In this document: positions 1 to 7,926 of the stretch, piece by piece
How the letters are laid out: each line of letters begins with the position of its first letter
How positions within the stretch are numbered: position 1 is the stretch's first letter
The notes under the pieces: generated by a model
Told to the model about the DNA's origin: nothing
Seen by the model: the letters and a program-made list of their open reading frames with translations, nothing else
The model's database searches: none
Source of the DNA: Tepidisphaerales bacterium
GTDB taxonomy: Bacteria; Planctomycetota; Phycisphaerae; Tepidisphaerales; Tepidisphaeraceae
NCBI GenBank assembly: GCA_046299715.1
Contig: JBKBHU010000007.1
Location: 123,464 to 155,463 of the forward strand
Reading direction: 5' to 3'
Length of the DNA: 32,000 nucleotides
Position numbers and translations under genes: made by a program

Positions 1-785
1 GCCGCACGGAGGTGCCGGGCCACGGCGGCCGCGTGGGTAGGCAGGTCAAACGATGCCGCCTCGACGCTCACCCGCCCGTCGTATCCCCCCTGCCGGAGCA
101 CACGGAAGACCCCGACGTAGTCGCGTCCGTCGAGCGGCGCGGCCACCAGCCCTGGGGCCGTCCGCCCGTCGCGGTCAGCCACATGGACGTGCCGCACCAG
201 CGGGACGGCCTCACGCAGCTCGTCGGCGGTACCTTCCTCCAGCCAGAAGTGGTACGTGTCCACCAGCAGCCCGACCGCGGGGTGGGCCAGTTCGCCGACC
301 ACCCGGGCGGTCTCGGAGAGTCGGTTGAGCAGGTTGGTCTCGCGCCGGTTGAGGTGTTCCACGACCAGCGTGATGCCCGCAGCGCCCAGCACGTCGCCGC
401 CATGCCGGAGGAACGCGCTCAGTTGCCGCAAAGCAAGGTCCCGGTCGAACCCGTCGGGCACGCTGCGGGAAGCGCCGGCCCCGAACACCACCGTGCGGAT
501 GCCCGCCTTCGCCGCCCGTCGTGCCACCGTCGCCATGTACTGCTCGAGCCTGTGCCACTCGACCGACGGCCCGACGACCTTCAATTCGCCCGGGAGAAGA
601 ACGTTGGCCGAAGCGATGGGCAGCGTGCACGTGGCGGCCGCCTCGGCCCCGGCCCAGGCCGAGTCGTCCGGCTGCTCCGGCATGAGGAACCGCCGCACGT
701 TCTCTTCGATGAAGTCGAAGCCGGCGGCCTTGAGCACGGCGGCGTTGCTGCACGAGGTGCAAAGCCCGATCTGCATCCGGCCCAT
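1..785 (-). CDS. Sugar phosphate isomerase/epimerase (xylose isomerase-like TIM barrel); the 3' end runs off the left edge
   Basis: Absent from the supplied ORF track because there is no stop inside the window. My own minus-strand translation from the ATG at 785-783 stays open to the edge: MGRMQIGLCTSCSNAAVLKAAGFDFIEENVRRF...GIRTVVFGAG...ITLVVEHLNRRETNLLNRLSE...LLVDTYHFWLEEG...VRHVHVADRDGR...GGYDGRVSVEA. Third codon positions are strongly G/C. The E/D/H pattern is typical of this TIM-barrel family. The + strand ORFs 12..947 and 256..1755 are its shadows. Confidence 0.7.
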   Translation of the reverse strand, partial: MGRMQIGLCTSCSNAAVLKAAGFDFIEENVRRFLMPEQPDDSAWAGAEAAATCTLPIASANVLLPGELKVVGPSVEWHRLEQYMATVARRAAKAGIRTVVFGAGASRSVPDGFDRDLALRQLSAFLRHGGDVLGAAGITLVVEHLNRRETNLLNRLSETARVVGELAHPAVGLLVDTYHFWLEEGTADELREAVPLVRHVHVADRDGRTAPGLVAAPLDGRDYVGVFRVLRQGGYDGRVSVEAASFDLPTHAAAVARHLRA

Positions 786-891
786 TGTCGCGGCGGATGC
801 CGTCGTCCACAACCGCCGCCACGGCCGGGTTCAGCGGACACCGGACTCGGCCCTGTTGTCTTCAGTGCGGGCCGTGCCGGGTCGGTGTGGG

Positions 892-1698
892 TCATGGGGT
901 ACGCGGAGCGATGCCGTCGGGGGTCACCAGAAACAGCTTGTCGGTGACCTGATGCGGCATCTGCCGGTAGTCCTCGCCGATTTGCCGGAGCAGGCGGCTG
1001 ACGATCTCCGGGTCGTTGCGGAAGCAGATGAGGATGTCGCGGTTGGGCACGGCCGCAACGAACGGCGAGCCGAGATAGCCGCGGAGTCGGTCGTGCAGCG
1101 ACGGAAGCAGCAGTCGCGCGGCGTCGTAGCCGTCCATGGTCTGGAACAGGAGCAGGTAGACCTGGCCGTTTTCGTCCGGAGCGGCGTGCGCCTGGATCGC
1201 CTCCGAACGGGCGACGAGGTTACGCAATGCCGTCTCGTGCAGCGTCTCCAGCGACACGCCCCAACGGTCGAAGGTGGCCCTGGGCACGTAGGAGAGGGTG
1301 CGGTCGTGGTCGATGACGTAGGCGACGCGGAGCCCCTCGACGAACGACTGCGACACGATGCCCGCGGCATCCACGTCCTGGGGTCCTTCGGCCAGCAGCA
1401 CCGGCAGAATGCGGTCCTGCAGCTCCTCAAAGCTGCGCTGCTCGTCCGGCGTGCCTTCGCCGGCACGCAGCAGCTCGACCACCCATCGCTCGATGTGCCG
1501 TCGGGCGTCCTCGGGCTGCAGCGTTGCGACGCGGTACAGGTTTTCGAGGCTGGCCGAGTGTCCGTTGATCCGCAGCGAAAAGCTGTGGTCGCTCCGCGAC
1601 ACCTTCACCAGCGGGAAACGCGCACGGATGAACTCCACGACGTGCTCGAGGAACTGTTCCCGCGTCGGCTGGTGAGGAAAGGGCGGCGGTTGCGACAT
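892..1698 (-). CDS. DUF1444 / UPF0354 (YtpQ-like) family protein
   Basis: ORF 892..1782 trimmed to the ATG at 1698 (MSQPPPF...), which has a GGGG purine run upstream. The blocks QTMDGYDAARLLL and FVAAVPNRDILICF match the DGYDA and AVP-x-D-x-LI blocks I recall from B. subtilis YtpQ. Confidence 0.75.
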   Translation of the reverse strand: MSQPPPFPHQPTREQFLEHVVEFIRARFPLVKVSRSDHSFSLRINGHSASLENLYRVATLQPEDARRHIERWVVELLRAGEGTPDEQRSFEELQDRILPVLLAEGPQDVDAAGIVSQSFVEGLRVAYVIDHDRTLSYVPRATFDRWGVSLETLHETALRNLVARSEAIQAHAAPDENGQVYLLLFQTMDGYDAARLLLPSLHDRLRGYLGSPFVAAVPNRDILICFRNDPEIVSRLLRQIGEDYRQMPHQVTDKLFLVTPDGIAPRTP

Positions 1699-1769
1699 GA
1701 GCTCGCCCCGATGATAACGCAAGCACGCGTGTGTCCACGAGACCTTCTGCGCTAGCATCTTCCTGCCCC

Positions 1770-2939
1770 ATGTCCAGCCCACTGCGCGTCGGGATTCTCG
1801 GTTTGGGACCGGCCGGCGTGGCCCACGGCCGCGGCTACCTGCACGCCGGCGGCTACCGAATCGACAGCGTTTGCGACCTTATCGGTACGCGAATCGAGTC
1901 GTTCCGCCGGGAAGTGACCGAATGCCGCGTGGCCGAGTCGCTCGACACGCTGCTGAAGGACCCCGGGATCGACGTGGTCTCCGTGTGCCTGCCGACCGAC
2001 CTGCACGCCCCGGTGGCGGTGAAGGCGCTGCGGGCAGGGAAACATGTGGTGCTGGAGGTCCCGCTGGCCGACACGCTCAAGGGGGCGCGTGCACTGCTCC
2101 GCGCGGCGGACCGCGCTGCCTCGCAGCCGCCGGCCGCGTCGAAGGCGCCGCCCGTCCTGCTCCCGGCGTACGTACGGCTTTTCGGCGGGCCGGAGATGGC
2201 CTCCCAGCAGGCGGTCGGCAAGGGGTACATCGGTGAGCCCCGGCTCGTGCGGGCCACGTGGTTCCGCCCGTTGGGCGTGCCGCAAGGCGCCCGCGCCCGC
2301 ACCGACGCCAACGGCTGGTACGTGGACAGGAACCGCTCCGGCGGCGGGGCGTTGATCGACCTCGGCGGTCCGCTGCTGGCGCTGGGGTGGTCGCTGCTGG
2401 GCCGGCCCGTGCCGCTTGCCGTCTTCGCCCACGGCGGCAGCCCGCTGACGGGACTGCCGGTGGAAGAACACGCCTCGCTGCTCATCCGTTTCGAAGGCGG
2501 CGCGGCCCTTGAGCTCTCCGTGGCCTGGGCAGCGCACCTGCCCCCGCGGCAGTACGGCGTCGCCTGCCGGGTCAGCGGCGATGCCGGCTGCATCGACGTG
2601 TACGCCCCGGAAGGTGCGGTGCTCTACCGGGGCCAGCCGGGCCAGGCCAAGGCGACCGTGCTCAAAGGCCCCAAGCTGACCCACCACGCCGCGATGATGC
2701 GGCATCTCAAGACCCTCATCGGCGCTGAACACGCAGCACGCATGCGTCCCCTGCGTCAGGCGGTGACCGTCGCGGCCATGCTGGACGCCGCCTACCGAAG
2801 CCTTGCCACCGGACGCTCGGCCGACGTGCGCGAGCCAGGCCGGGACGGCCCCGAACCCGCCGCGGCCACGTCCGCCCGGTCCGAATCCGCCCAGTCCGAC
2901 TCCGCCCAGTCCGACTCCGCCCGGTCCGACTTCGCCTGA
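1770..2939 (+). CDS. Gfo/Idh/MocA-family NAD(P)-dependent oxidoreductase with a repetitive C-terminal tail
   Basis: ORF 1731..2939 trimmed to the ATG at 1770 (MSSPLRVGILGLGPAGVAHG...). It has an N-terminal Rossmann GxGxxG and a KHVVLEVPLA block at the position of the family EKP motif. Length is as expected for the family. Confidence 0.75.
   Translation: MSSPLRVGILGLGPAGVAHGRGYLHAGGYRIDSVCDLIGTRIESFRREVTECRVAESLDTLLKDPGIDVVSVCLPTDLHAPVAVKALRAGKHVVLEVPLADTLKGARALLRAADRAASQPPAASKAPPVLLPAYVRLFGGPEMASQQAVGKGYIGEPRLVRATWFRPLGVPQGARARTDANGWYVDRNRSGGGALIDLGGPLLALGWSLLGRPVPLAVFAHGGSPLTGLPVEEHASLLIRFEGGAALELSVAWAAHLPPRQYGVACRVSGDAGCIDVYAPEGAVLYRGQPGQAKATVLKGPKLTHHAAMMRHLKTLIGAEHAARMRPLRQAVTVAAMLDAAYRSLATGRSADVREPGRDGPEPAAATSARSESAQSDSAQSDSARSDFA
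2871..2936 (+). repeat. Tandem 15 bp repeat, about 4.4 copies (consensus TCCGCCCAGTCCGAC), in frame at the 3' end of the oxidoreductase gene
   Basis: Read directly: tccgcccggtccgaa / tccgcccagtccgac / tccgcccagtccgac / tccgcccggtccgac / ttcgcc. It encodes SARSE-SAQSD-SAQSD-SARSD-FA just before the stop. Confidence 0.9.
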
Positions 2940-2951
2940 CCGACCGCGCCG

Positions 2952-3404
2952 CTACCGGGCCCTGGCCCTTACCTCAACCAGCACCGTCAGCGGCCCGTCA
3001 TTCACCAGATGCACGGCCATCTCGGCCCCGAACTCTCCGGTCTCCACCCGTGCGTACCTGCCCCGCATCCGCTCGACCAGCTGTGCAAACAGCGTCCGTG
3101 CGACCTCGGGCCGCGCGGCAGGGTGCAACGCGGGGCGCCGCCCGCCCGACGTGTCGGCCGCGACTGTGAAGTTGGGCACCAGAAGCACCCCGCCCTGCAC
3201 CTCGGTCACGTCGCGGTGGTAGGCCTGATCGGCTTCGGGAAACACCCGCAGCGTCAGAAGTTTCTGCGCGGCTTTCTCCAGCTCGGCCTCACCGTCGTCG
3301 TGGTGCACCGCGGCGAGCACCGTCAGTCCCGGGCCGATCTGCCCGACGACCCGCTCACCCACCATCACCCGCGCCTCGCGAACCCGCTGAACTACGCAAA
3401 TCAT
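2952..3404 (-). CDS. dtd: D-aminoacyl-tRNA deacylase
   Basis: 150 aa, MICVVQRVREARV... with NFTV(A)AD (the SQFTL-type block) and a C-terminal VNDGPLTVLVE (the NDGPVT block). Length and motifs fit Dtd. Confidence 0.9.
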   Translation of the reverse strand: MICVVQRVREARVMVGERVVGQIGPGLTVLAAVHHDDGEAELEKAAQKLLTLRVFPEADQAYHRDVTEVQGGVLLVPNFTVAADTSGGRRPALHPAARPEVARTLFAQLVERMRGRYARVETGEFGAEMAVHLVNDGPLTVLVEVRARAR

Positions 3405-3450
3405 GCCGTCGCTCTCGTTGAAACCCGGTTATCCAACCGTCTCGCGTCGC

Positions 3451-4959
3451 TCACGACGACGGCGCCGCAACGGCCTGCTGCGGCACGGGTGCGGAAAGGC
3501 GGCCAAGCCTCCGCCCCCCCGCCCCGTCGAGCACCCTGCCCACGGTCTGCCGTTGCTCGGCCTGCACGACGCGGACGGAGACGCACTGGCCCGGCGTCAG
3601 CCCTTGCGCGTGCGGCAGCTCGACGTCGAAGTACCGCTCGCACCGCCCGTGAGGGTGGCCGTCCGCGGAGAGGTCTCCCTCGACGACCACCTCCACCACC
3701 TCGCCGACGAACTGCCGCCGGAACGTCAGGTCGTGCACGGCGACGGCCTGGCGCAGCCGCTGCATCCGCTCACGGACCACGTCGCCGGAGACGAAGTGGC
3801 GCGTCCAGCGGGCGGCGGCCGTCCCGGGTCGCGGGGAGAACGGAAACGCGTGCACGTGCAGGAAGGCCGCCTCGTCCACGACCGCGAGCGTGTCAAGAAA
3901 GTCACCCTCCGTTTCGCCGGGGAAGCCGACAAGGATGTCGGTGGTCAAGGCCGGCCGGTCGAACCGTCTGCGCAGCGTCTCGACCAGTTTCAGAAAGTCC
4001 GTACGTCGATATTGCCGATTCATGCGACGCAGGACGCGGTCCGACCCGGACTGCAGGGGCAAGTGAAAGTGCGGAACGACTTGCGGAGAGTTGCTTAATG
4101 CCTCGAGCAGGTCGTCCGTCAGGTCGCCCGGCTCGATGGACGACAGACGCAGCCGTGGCAGCTCCGGAACGTCTCGGGCGATGCGTCGGACCAGCTCGGC
4201 AAGGTACGTCCCGCCGGGGCAGGTCTGGCGGCGCCGCAGTGCCGTCGGTTGTCCGGTGGCCCCCAGAAAAATGCCGGTGAGCACGACTTCGCGGTGGCCT
4301 TCGTGGACGCATCGGCGGACTTCGCGGACCGCCTCGTCGGGGCCCATCGACCACAGCCGCGGACGGAGCCGCGGGATGATGCAGTACGTGCAGTGGGCGT
4401 CGCACCCGTCCTGCACCTTCAGATACGCCCGTTGACGCGGCCGTACGGCCGGCGGCGAGGCCGGTTCTCCCCACACGGGCAGCGCGAGCCGTCGCGGCGG
4501 CACGCCCCAAGCGTCCAGCAGCCGCTGGAGCCGGGTCGTGGCCGGCTCGTGGTGGGTCAGCACCGCATCGACGCCCGGAAGACCGGCAGCCTCTGCCGGG
4601 TCAGACGTGGCCCAGCAGCCCATGGCGACCACCCGCGGCCGGGCGGCATCCCGAAATGGACGGCCCGCACCCTCATCGGCCCCGGCGACGCCGGGATACG
4701 TTCCGGGGCCGCCGCCGGACTCGCCGGGCGTGGAAATCGACAGCAGCGGCAGGCTGACGGCTTTGCGCAGCGTCTGTCGGGACTGGGCGGCGGCGGCCGT
4801 GGTCACCGAGCAGGTGTTGACCAGCCTGAGGTCCGCCGCCGACGGGTCCTGCACACGCTCAAGCCCCCGCTGCTGCAGAAGGCGGGCGAGTTGCTCGCTC
4901 TCGGCGGCATTGGTCCTGCAGCCGAGGGTCTGGATATGAAACGTGCGCGGAGGCGACAC
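3451..4959 (-). CDS. mtaB: Radical-SAM methylthiotransferase of the MiaB/MtaB family (most like MtaB)
   Basis: GTG start at 4959. N-terminal MTTase domain (FHIQTLGCRTNAAESE...VNTCSVT), radical-SAM CxxxCxxC (DGCDAHCTYCIIP), GFPGETE block and a C-terminal TRAM-like beta segment. Contains a Gly-rich insertion. The MtaB versus MiaB/RimO assignment is by resemblance only. Confidence 0.75.
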   Translation of the reverse strand: MSPPRTFHIQTLGCRTNAAESEQLARLLQQRGLERVQDPSAADLRLVNTCSVTTAAAAQSRQTLRKAVSLPLLSISTPGESGGGPGTYPGVAGADEGAGRPFRDAARPRVVAMGCWATSDPAEAAGLPGVDAVLTHHEPATTRLQRLLDAWGVPPRRLALPVWGEPASPPAVRPRQRAYLKVQDGCDAHCTYCIIPRLRPRLWSMGPDEAVREVRRCVHEGHREVVLTGIFLGATGQPTALRRRQTCPGGTYLAELVRRIARDVPELPRLRLSSIEPGDLTDDLLEALSNSPQVVPHFHLPLQSGSDRVLRRMNRQYRRTDFLKLVETLRRRFDRPALTTDILVGFPGETEGDFLDTLAVVDEAAFLHVHAFPFSPRPGTAAARWTRHFVSGDVVRERMQRLRQAVAVHDLTFRRQFVGEVVEVVVEGDLSADGHPHGRCERYFDVELPHAQGLTPGQCVSVRVVQAEQRQTVGRVLDGAGGRRLGRLSAPVPQQAVAAPSS

Positions 4960-5410
4960 CGTGGGAGAATAGCCCGTGTGCGGGCACGCCCGTCGGGAGG
5001 GCGACGTGCGACGGTCGAAGTGGACGGTCGAAGTGAGGGAACCGATTCGGGGGGTGGGGCGTCAGAAAGTCATGAAAACGCACAGGGACGTTGGGGCGCG
5101 GGCGGGCCGGGCCGACCGGTCGGGTTGCCGGGTCCACCGGCTTGCGGGTAGATTCGGCGTGGACGTGGCGGGCGGTTCCCGCGGGCGGGCGTCGTTTTTT
5201 CGCAGAGGCCCTAAGGGTTGTGGTGGCTGTGGAAAGGGACGTCGATAGCATGTGGGGACGAAACGTTTTCTGGCGGGCCGGCCGGACCTCGAGCGGGGGC
5301 AGGCGGGTCGGCCGGCACGGCGGGCGGGTCGGCACGTCCGCCGTTCGTGGTTCGCGTGAGGCGATTTGGAGGAACGGACCTGTCGGACGTTGTGCCGGCG
5401 GGGATGTGCG

Positions 5411-5416
5411 AAGGAG
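5411..5416 (+). promoter_or_regulatory. Shine-Dalgarno (AAGGAG) for the PilM-like gene
   Basis: AAGGAG lies 10 nt upstream of the ATG at 5427. It is one of the few canonical SD sequences in the window. Confidence 0.6.
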
Positions 5417-5426
5417 CAGCTGATTC

Positions 5427-7814
5427 ATGGCCAGCAGCCGCAACGCCTGGGGCATCGACGTCGGCAACCGCGCGCTCAAGGCAGTCCGTCTGTCGCGCGA
5501 CGGTGACGGGTTCCGCATCGATGACCTCGAGCTGATCGAACACGAGGTGCCGCTGTCGCAGTCGGGTGACAACCGTGAGGAACTGGTCAACCGGGCGTTG
5601 GCCGAGTTCGTCTCGCGGCACAAGACCGGCTCGACGCCGGTGGGCATCTCGGTGTCGGGCAAGCAGTCCTTCGCCCGTTTCATCTCGCTGCCGCCGGTGG
5701 AGGAGAAGAAGATCCCCGAGATCGTCCGTTTCGAGGCGATCCAGCAGATTCCCTTCACGCTCGACGACGTGGAGTGGTCCTACCAGCTCTTCCGGCAGAA
5801 GGCGGCGGGCGGCGACGCTGCCGCGGCCGGGGAAGAAGAGGTGCAGGTCGGGCTGTTCGCGATGAGGAAGGAGGCCGTCAATCGCTACGTCGCGGCCTTC
5901 ACCGACCTCAACCTCAACGTCCAGGCGGTGCAGATGTCGGCCATGGCGCTGTACAACGCCATGCACTTCGACGGGTTGCTGAACGAGACGACGCTGCTCG
6001 TCGACGTCGGCGCGGACATGACCGACCTCGTTGTGGCCGACGGAGAGCTGCTGTGGCACCGTTCGGTGCCGTTCGGGGGCAACGCTTTCACTGAGGCCCT
6101 GATGCGGGCGCTCAAGAGCGACTTCGCCCACGCGGAACAGGAGAAGCGCAACGCCGCGACCTCGAAGTACGCCCGGCAGTACTTTCAGGCGATGCGGCCG
6201 GTGTTCACCGACCTGGTCGCGGAGATCCAGCGGTCTGTGGGGTTCTACGTCAGCCAGCACAAGAACTCGAAGGTGGCCAAGGTCATCGCCGCGGGCGGCA
6301 CGATGAAGCTGCCGGGGCTGCAGAAGTTCCTGCACCAGAACCTGAACATGCCTGTGGTCCGCGTGGAGACCTTCAGCGCGACGCCGCCGAGCGACGCTCG
6401 CCTGGCCGACCTGCTCAAGGAAGAGGCGGGCGCTTTCGCCACGGCGTACGGACTGGCGGTGCAGACCCTGGGCGAAGGCAAGGTCGTCTCGTCGCTGCTG
6501 CCCGGGCATATCCGCCGCGAGCAGGTGTGGCGAGAGAAGGCCAAGTGGTTTGCGGCGTCGGCCGCGCTGTTCGTGGCCGGGGCGGGGGTCGCCGTGGCCG
6601 GGGCCTATTTGCCGTGGCGGGCGTATGAAGGTCAGGAGGAGGACCGCCAGCGTGTGGCGCAGGTGCTGCGCGAGGCGCAGGCTCTGGACCAGGAGTGGTC
6701 GTCGATCGAAACGGGCGGGGAGTCGGCCCGTGCGCTCATCCGCAACGTGCGGTCGCTCACGCAGGACCGCACAGTGTGGCCGAAGGTCGTCGAGGCGGTT
6801 CGGGCGGCGGTGCCGCCGGTGCCGCGTTTCGCCAACGATGCCGAGCGCGAGCGGTACGTGGCCGCCAAGCCCCGCAACGAACGCAATGTCGTGCGTCTGG
6901 AGGGGTGGCAGAGCGTGTACCTTGCGGACGTCGGCCCACTGCTGGGCGACACGCGGCGGGCACGCTTCGCCACCGAGGCCCCGGTGGTGGCGGCCACGAC
7001 GGAAGGCGAGGGCGGGATGGGCGGCATGGGCTTCGGCGGCCCGCCTCCCGGCGCGGGCATGAACCTGCCCTCGTATGTGCGGCTGCCGCAGTTCACGATG
7101 GGGCCGACCGGCATGCCGTCGTCGGCGATGCAGATGGGCTCGGGCGGCGATGTGCTGGAGCTTCCGGCTCCGCCGACGCAGGTGGTGGAGGCGGCGCGTG
7201 GCCGGCCCGGCTTCCTGCTGCGGATTCGCGGCATCACCACCGCCCGGGACGCGCAGACGGCGCTGGACGAAGGCTTCCTCGCCGAGCTGCTCAAGAGCCG
7301 CTTTGCCCAGCCGGGGCAGCCTGCCCCGGAGTTCTTCGTGGCCGACGCTTTCATGGTCAAGCAGTCGATCCTCGGGGACAACCCCGAACGCGTGCAGGCC
7401 ATGCTCAGGGCACATCAGGAGCGGACGCGTTTGCTCGGCGGTGACGCCATGCCGACCGCCCCGGCCGGCGGGGGCGGCGGGACGCCGTTCGGCGGCGGTT
7501 TCGGAGCCGGCGAGGAGTTCAACCCCGGCGGCCCGGGCCCGGCCTTCCGCGGCGGCGGCACCTTCCCGAACATCCCGCGCCCGCCCGGCTTGCCCCCCAA
7601 CGTGCCCTGGCCGCCAACCGGCGGCACGCCGGCCATGCCCGCGGCACCGGCGCCGGGCGGGATGAGCACGCCGGACGACCCCACGCCGTTCCTCTGCCCG
7701 CTGACCGGGGAGGACATGCGGCAGGACAGCGAGTTCATGGTGCTGGCGTTTGTCGTCATCGGTCCGCCGCCGCCGGCACCTCCCGCGGGCGAAGCGCCCG
7801 CCGACGCCCCCTGA
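5427..7814 (+). CDS. pilM: PilM actin-like ATPase fused to a PilN-like membrane anchor and periplasmic region (GspL-like architecture), with a Gly/Pro/Met-rich tail
   Basis: PilM blocks: WGIDVGNRALKAV; SFARFISLPPVEEKKIPEIVRFEAIQQIPF; LLVDVGADMTDLVV; FGGNAFTEAL...AEQEKRN; VIAAGGTMKLPGLQKFL. These are followed by VVSSLLPGHIRRE (PilN INLLP-type motif), a TM helix (WFAASAALFVAGAGVAVAGAYL, about 6544..6612), a coiled-coil-like segment and LTQDRTVWPKVVEAVRAAVP (PilN-like). Strong G/C at third codon positions. Confidence 0.75.
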   Translation: MASSRNAWGIDVGNRALKAVRLSRDGDGFRIDDLELIEHEVPLSQSGDNREELVNRALAEFVSRHKTGSTPVGISVSGKQSFARFISLPPVEEKKIPEIVRFEAIQQIPFTLDDVEWSYQLFRQKAAGGDAAAAGEEEVQVGLFAMRKEAVNRYVAAFTDLNLNVQAVQMSAMALYNAMHFDGLLNETTLLVDVGADMTDLVVADGELLWHRSVPFGGNAFTEALMRALKSDFAHAEQEKRNAATSKYARQYFQAMRPVFTDLVAEIQRSVGFYVSQHKNSKVAKVIAAGGTMKLPGLQKFLHQNLNMPVVRVETFSATPPSDARLADLLKEEAGAFATAYGLAVQTLGEGKVVSSLLPGHIRREQVWREKAKWFAASAALFVAGAGVAVAGAYLPWRAYEGQEEDRQRVAQVLREAQALDQEWSSIETGGESARALIRNVRSLTQDRTVWPKVVEAVRAAVPPVPRFANDAERERYVAAKPRNERNVVRLEGWQSVYLADVGPLLGDTRRARFATEAPVVAATTEGEGGMGGMGFGGPPPGAGMNLPSYVRLPQFTMGPTGMPSSAMQMGSGGDVLELPAPPTQVVEAARGRPGFLLRIRGITTARDAQTALDEGFLAELLKSRFAQPGQPAPEFFVADAFMVKQSILGDNPERVQAMLRAHQERTRLLGGDAMPTAPAGGGGGTPFGGGFGAGEEFNPGGPGPAFRGGGTFPNIPRPPGLPPNVPWPPTGGTPAMPAAPAPGGMSTPDDPTPFLCPLTGEDMRQDSEFMVLAFVVIGPPPPAPPAGEAPADAP

Positions 7815-7926
7815 CCCCGCCGTGACCCACGCCCGGCGGGCCGTTTGGCGCGAGCTCAGCCAACCCCGCCCGGCCGGCCGCAGACCCGGCGACTTTCGCC
7901 CCAAGTGACCTTTCGGACCTTTTCCC

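Noticed and set aside
12-1755. The + strand ORFs 12..947 (311 aa) and 256..1755 (499 aa).
   Set aside because: They are antisense to the TIM-barrel isomerase (1..785) and the DUF1444 gene (892..1698), both of which have recognisable family motifs and correct third-position G/C bias on the minus strand.
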